From: Octopus sinensis
Taxonomy: Eukaryota
Assembly (NCBI RefSeq): GCF_006345805.1
Contig: NC_043001.1
Span: forward strand, 87,730,001 to 87,794,000
Direction of reading: 5' to 3'
DNA: 64,000 nucleotides
Part shown: one piece after another, positions 62,319-64,000 of the stretch
Layout of the letters: every line of letters starts with the position of its first letter
How positions within the stretch are numbered: position 1 is the stretch's first letter
Translations under genes and position numbers: made by a program
The notes under the pieces: model-generated
Database searches by the model: none
Told to the model about the DNA's origin: nothing
What the model saw: the letters and a program-made list of their open reading frames with translations, nothing else

Positions 62319-64000
62319 ACAGTATTTTACGTAGCCAAGACTGAATTTAAACCATGGAGGGCCTGAGCACTTGAAATTCTGTGGGCCCTTCATACATAAG
62401 AATTAAAGTTATGGAAATATAGAAAATCTATATCTCAAAACCCATCTATTGGATGTAATTGGATGTGATGAGTTAGCAGAGAAATTTTAAATAAATGACT
62501 AAAAATGTCGCTTTACGTGTCAAAATTCAATTCTTTTCCTCACATATTCACTTGCAGTGTTCGTTTTTATGTTCATTGTGGAAAGTACAATGCAGGAGAG
62601 AAGAAGGGGATAGAATACGATAAAATGACAGAAAATTACAAAAAAGTAGTTTTACAAATGTTCACTACCTTACAAAAACTATATCAGCTAGGCAAATGAC
62701 CTTCTCTAAATGCATCAAAAATACTATAACTTTCAAAACACTATTTCACAAAATTATCTCCGCTCTCTTTCAGCATATTAAAGACAAATTTAGATGGGGG
62801 CCAAATGAATAAGACAAGATAAGGTAAATTTGCCTCTTCAAATTTTTCAGAATAACATTTGAAAGAAAACCTCGTACTCATCAATTTCCACTCTTAGACA
62901 CTAGAAAGATCAGAAATTCAGCAAAACTTTAAAATATCTAGGTCAAACGAAAGAGAATTATGGAAAAATGGCACGATATGAAATTAACGAAACTCGACTA
63001 AATCAAATAACTCAACATAAAATATTCTCTATAGCTTCTCATGATCTGCTGGAGCAGCTCTCGGCAGAAAACTAGTTTAAGCACCCCATATAACCTCTCA
63101 TAACTTTTATATTTTGGGAATTTTCAAAAGTTTTTTGCGGATTTGTGTTCTACACACGGGAATTCATACAACTATTTAAAAATTCTCTTTTAGTTTTTCG
63201 AATTTTTCAAAAAGAACCACAGTTTAATATACGGACATTCCGAATTTTTTTTTTTTGCTTAATCGCAGCAATAGACCATTAAATGTGTTTATGGGGAGAA
63301 AGATTTTGAAAAACATCAAAACATCAGAATGACAAGTAAAAGGGGAGTGTACCAGCTGGTCTTGAGGCATGCTAAGAATTACAGCTAAATAGCTCTTAAA
63401 TCACTCACACCCACAAAAGTTTTCGTTGATTTTCATAGTCGTATGGATTCCCGTGTATAGAATACAAATTCGCAAAAATCTTCTGAAAATTTCAAACAAT
63501 AAAAGTTATGAGAGGTTATATGGGGTGCTTATTCATTCTGGTTCTCTTCCTGATACAGTTCTGCACCATGTAGTTAAAGAGAAGAGTTTATTGAAATTAG
63601 TCATTACTTATTTTGCCCCAGTTTAAAAATTATTTTTTTCAATATTGAAAATTATCAAATTGGACATTAATGCGGGGAAAATTGATGTGCAGTCTAACAG
63701 AGAAAAGAAAATTGATTGTTAAACATCAAAAAAGGTCGTGCTTCTGTTATTTTGTCAACCTTCAAATTTTCTCAACAAAAACCATAAGGGATTACTGAAA
63801 GCATAAACATCATCATAGTGGCACTGCAACACTGAAATATACTTCTGCCATGAAGTATCCTGTCACTGGCAAGAAAACCACTTCCTGCTTTCAGTTTCTG
63901 AATGGTGGTTCGAGACTAACTAAGTTGTTTATAGCCTTGATAAAGGTATCTCGAAATATAGCAAGTCGAAGTGACTCTAGCATCTATGAATAGGACAGAA

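Overview
AT-rich, microsatellite- and TE-dense animal DNA. The SINE families and repeat landscape suggest an octopod cephalopod (inference). Left half (1-32 kb): one spliced gene, a 167-aa LITAF-family protein with three coding exons (3306-3480, 19719-19935, 23811-23922). Its introns carry an IR-DR Tc1 (open DD34E ORF), mariner, DD41D-like and Merlin remnants, non-autonomous Helitrons, SINEs, LINE fragments, fold-back palindromes and minimal hammerhead-like motifs. A duplicate of its first coding exon is split by a SINE>Tc1>Helitron nest. Right half (32-64 kb): an ampliconic array of four paralogous single-ORF genes (476-805 aa) that I cannot assign to a known family. Each has an acidic N-terminal region and a basic Arg/Ser/His/Tyr-rich C-terminal region of shuffled modules, including a 54-aa repeat at 0/2/4/2 copies. 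Two paralogs are the arms of a ~12-kb head-to-head palindrome with a ~345-bp spacer, and the paralogs look like sequence mosaics. One has a young R4/Dong-type retroelement in the (TAA)n tract just upstream of its ORF. Coordinates were read by hand and no database search was run.
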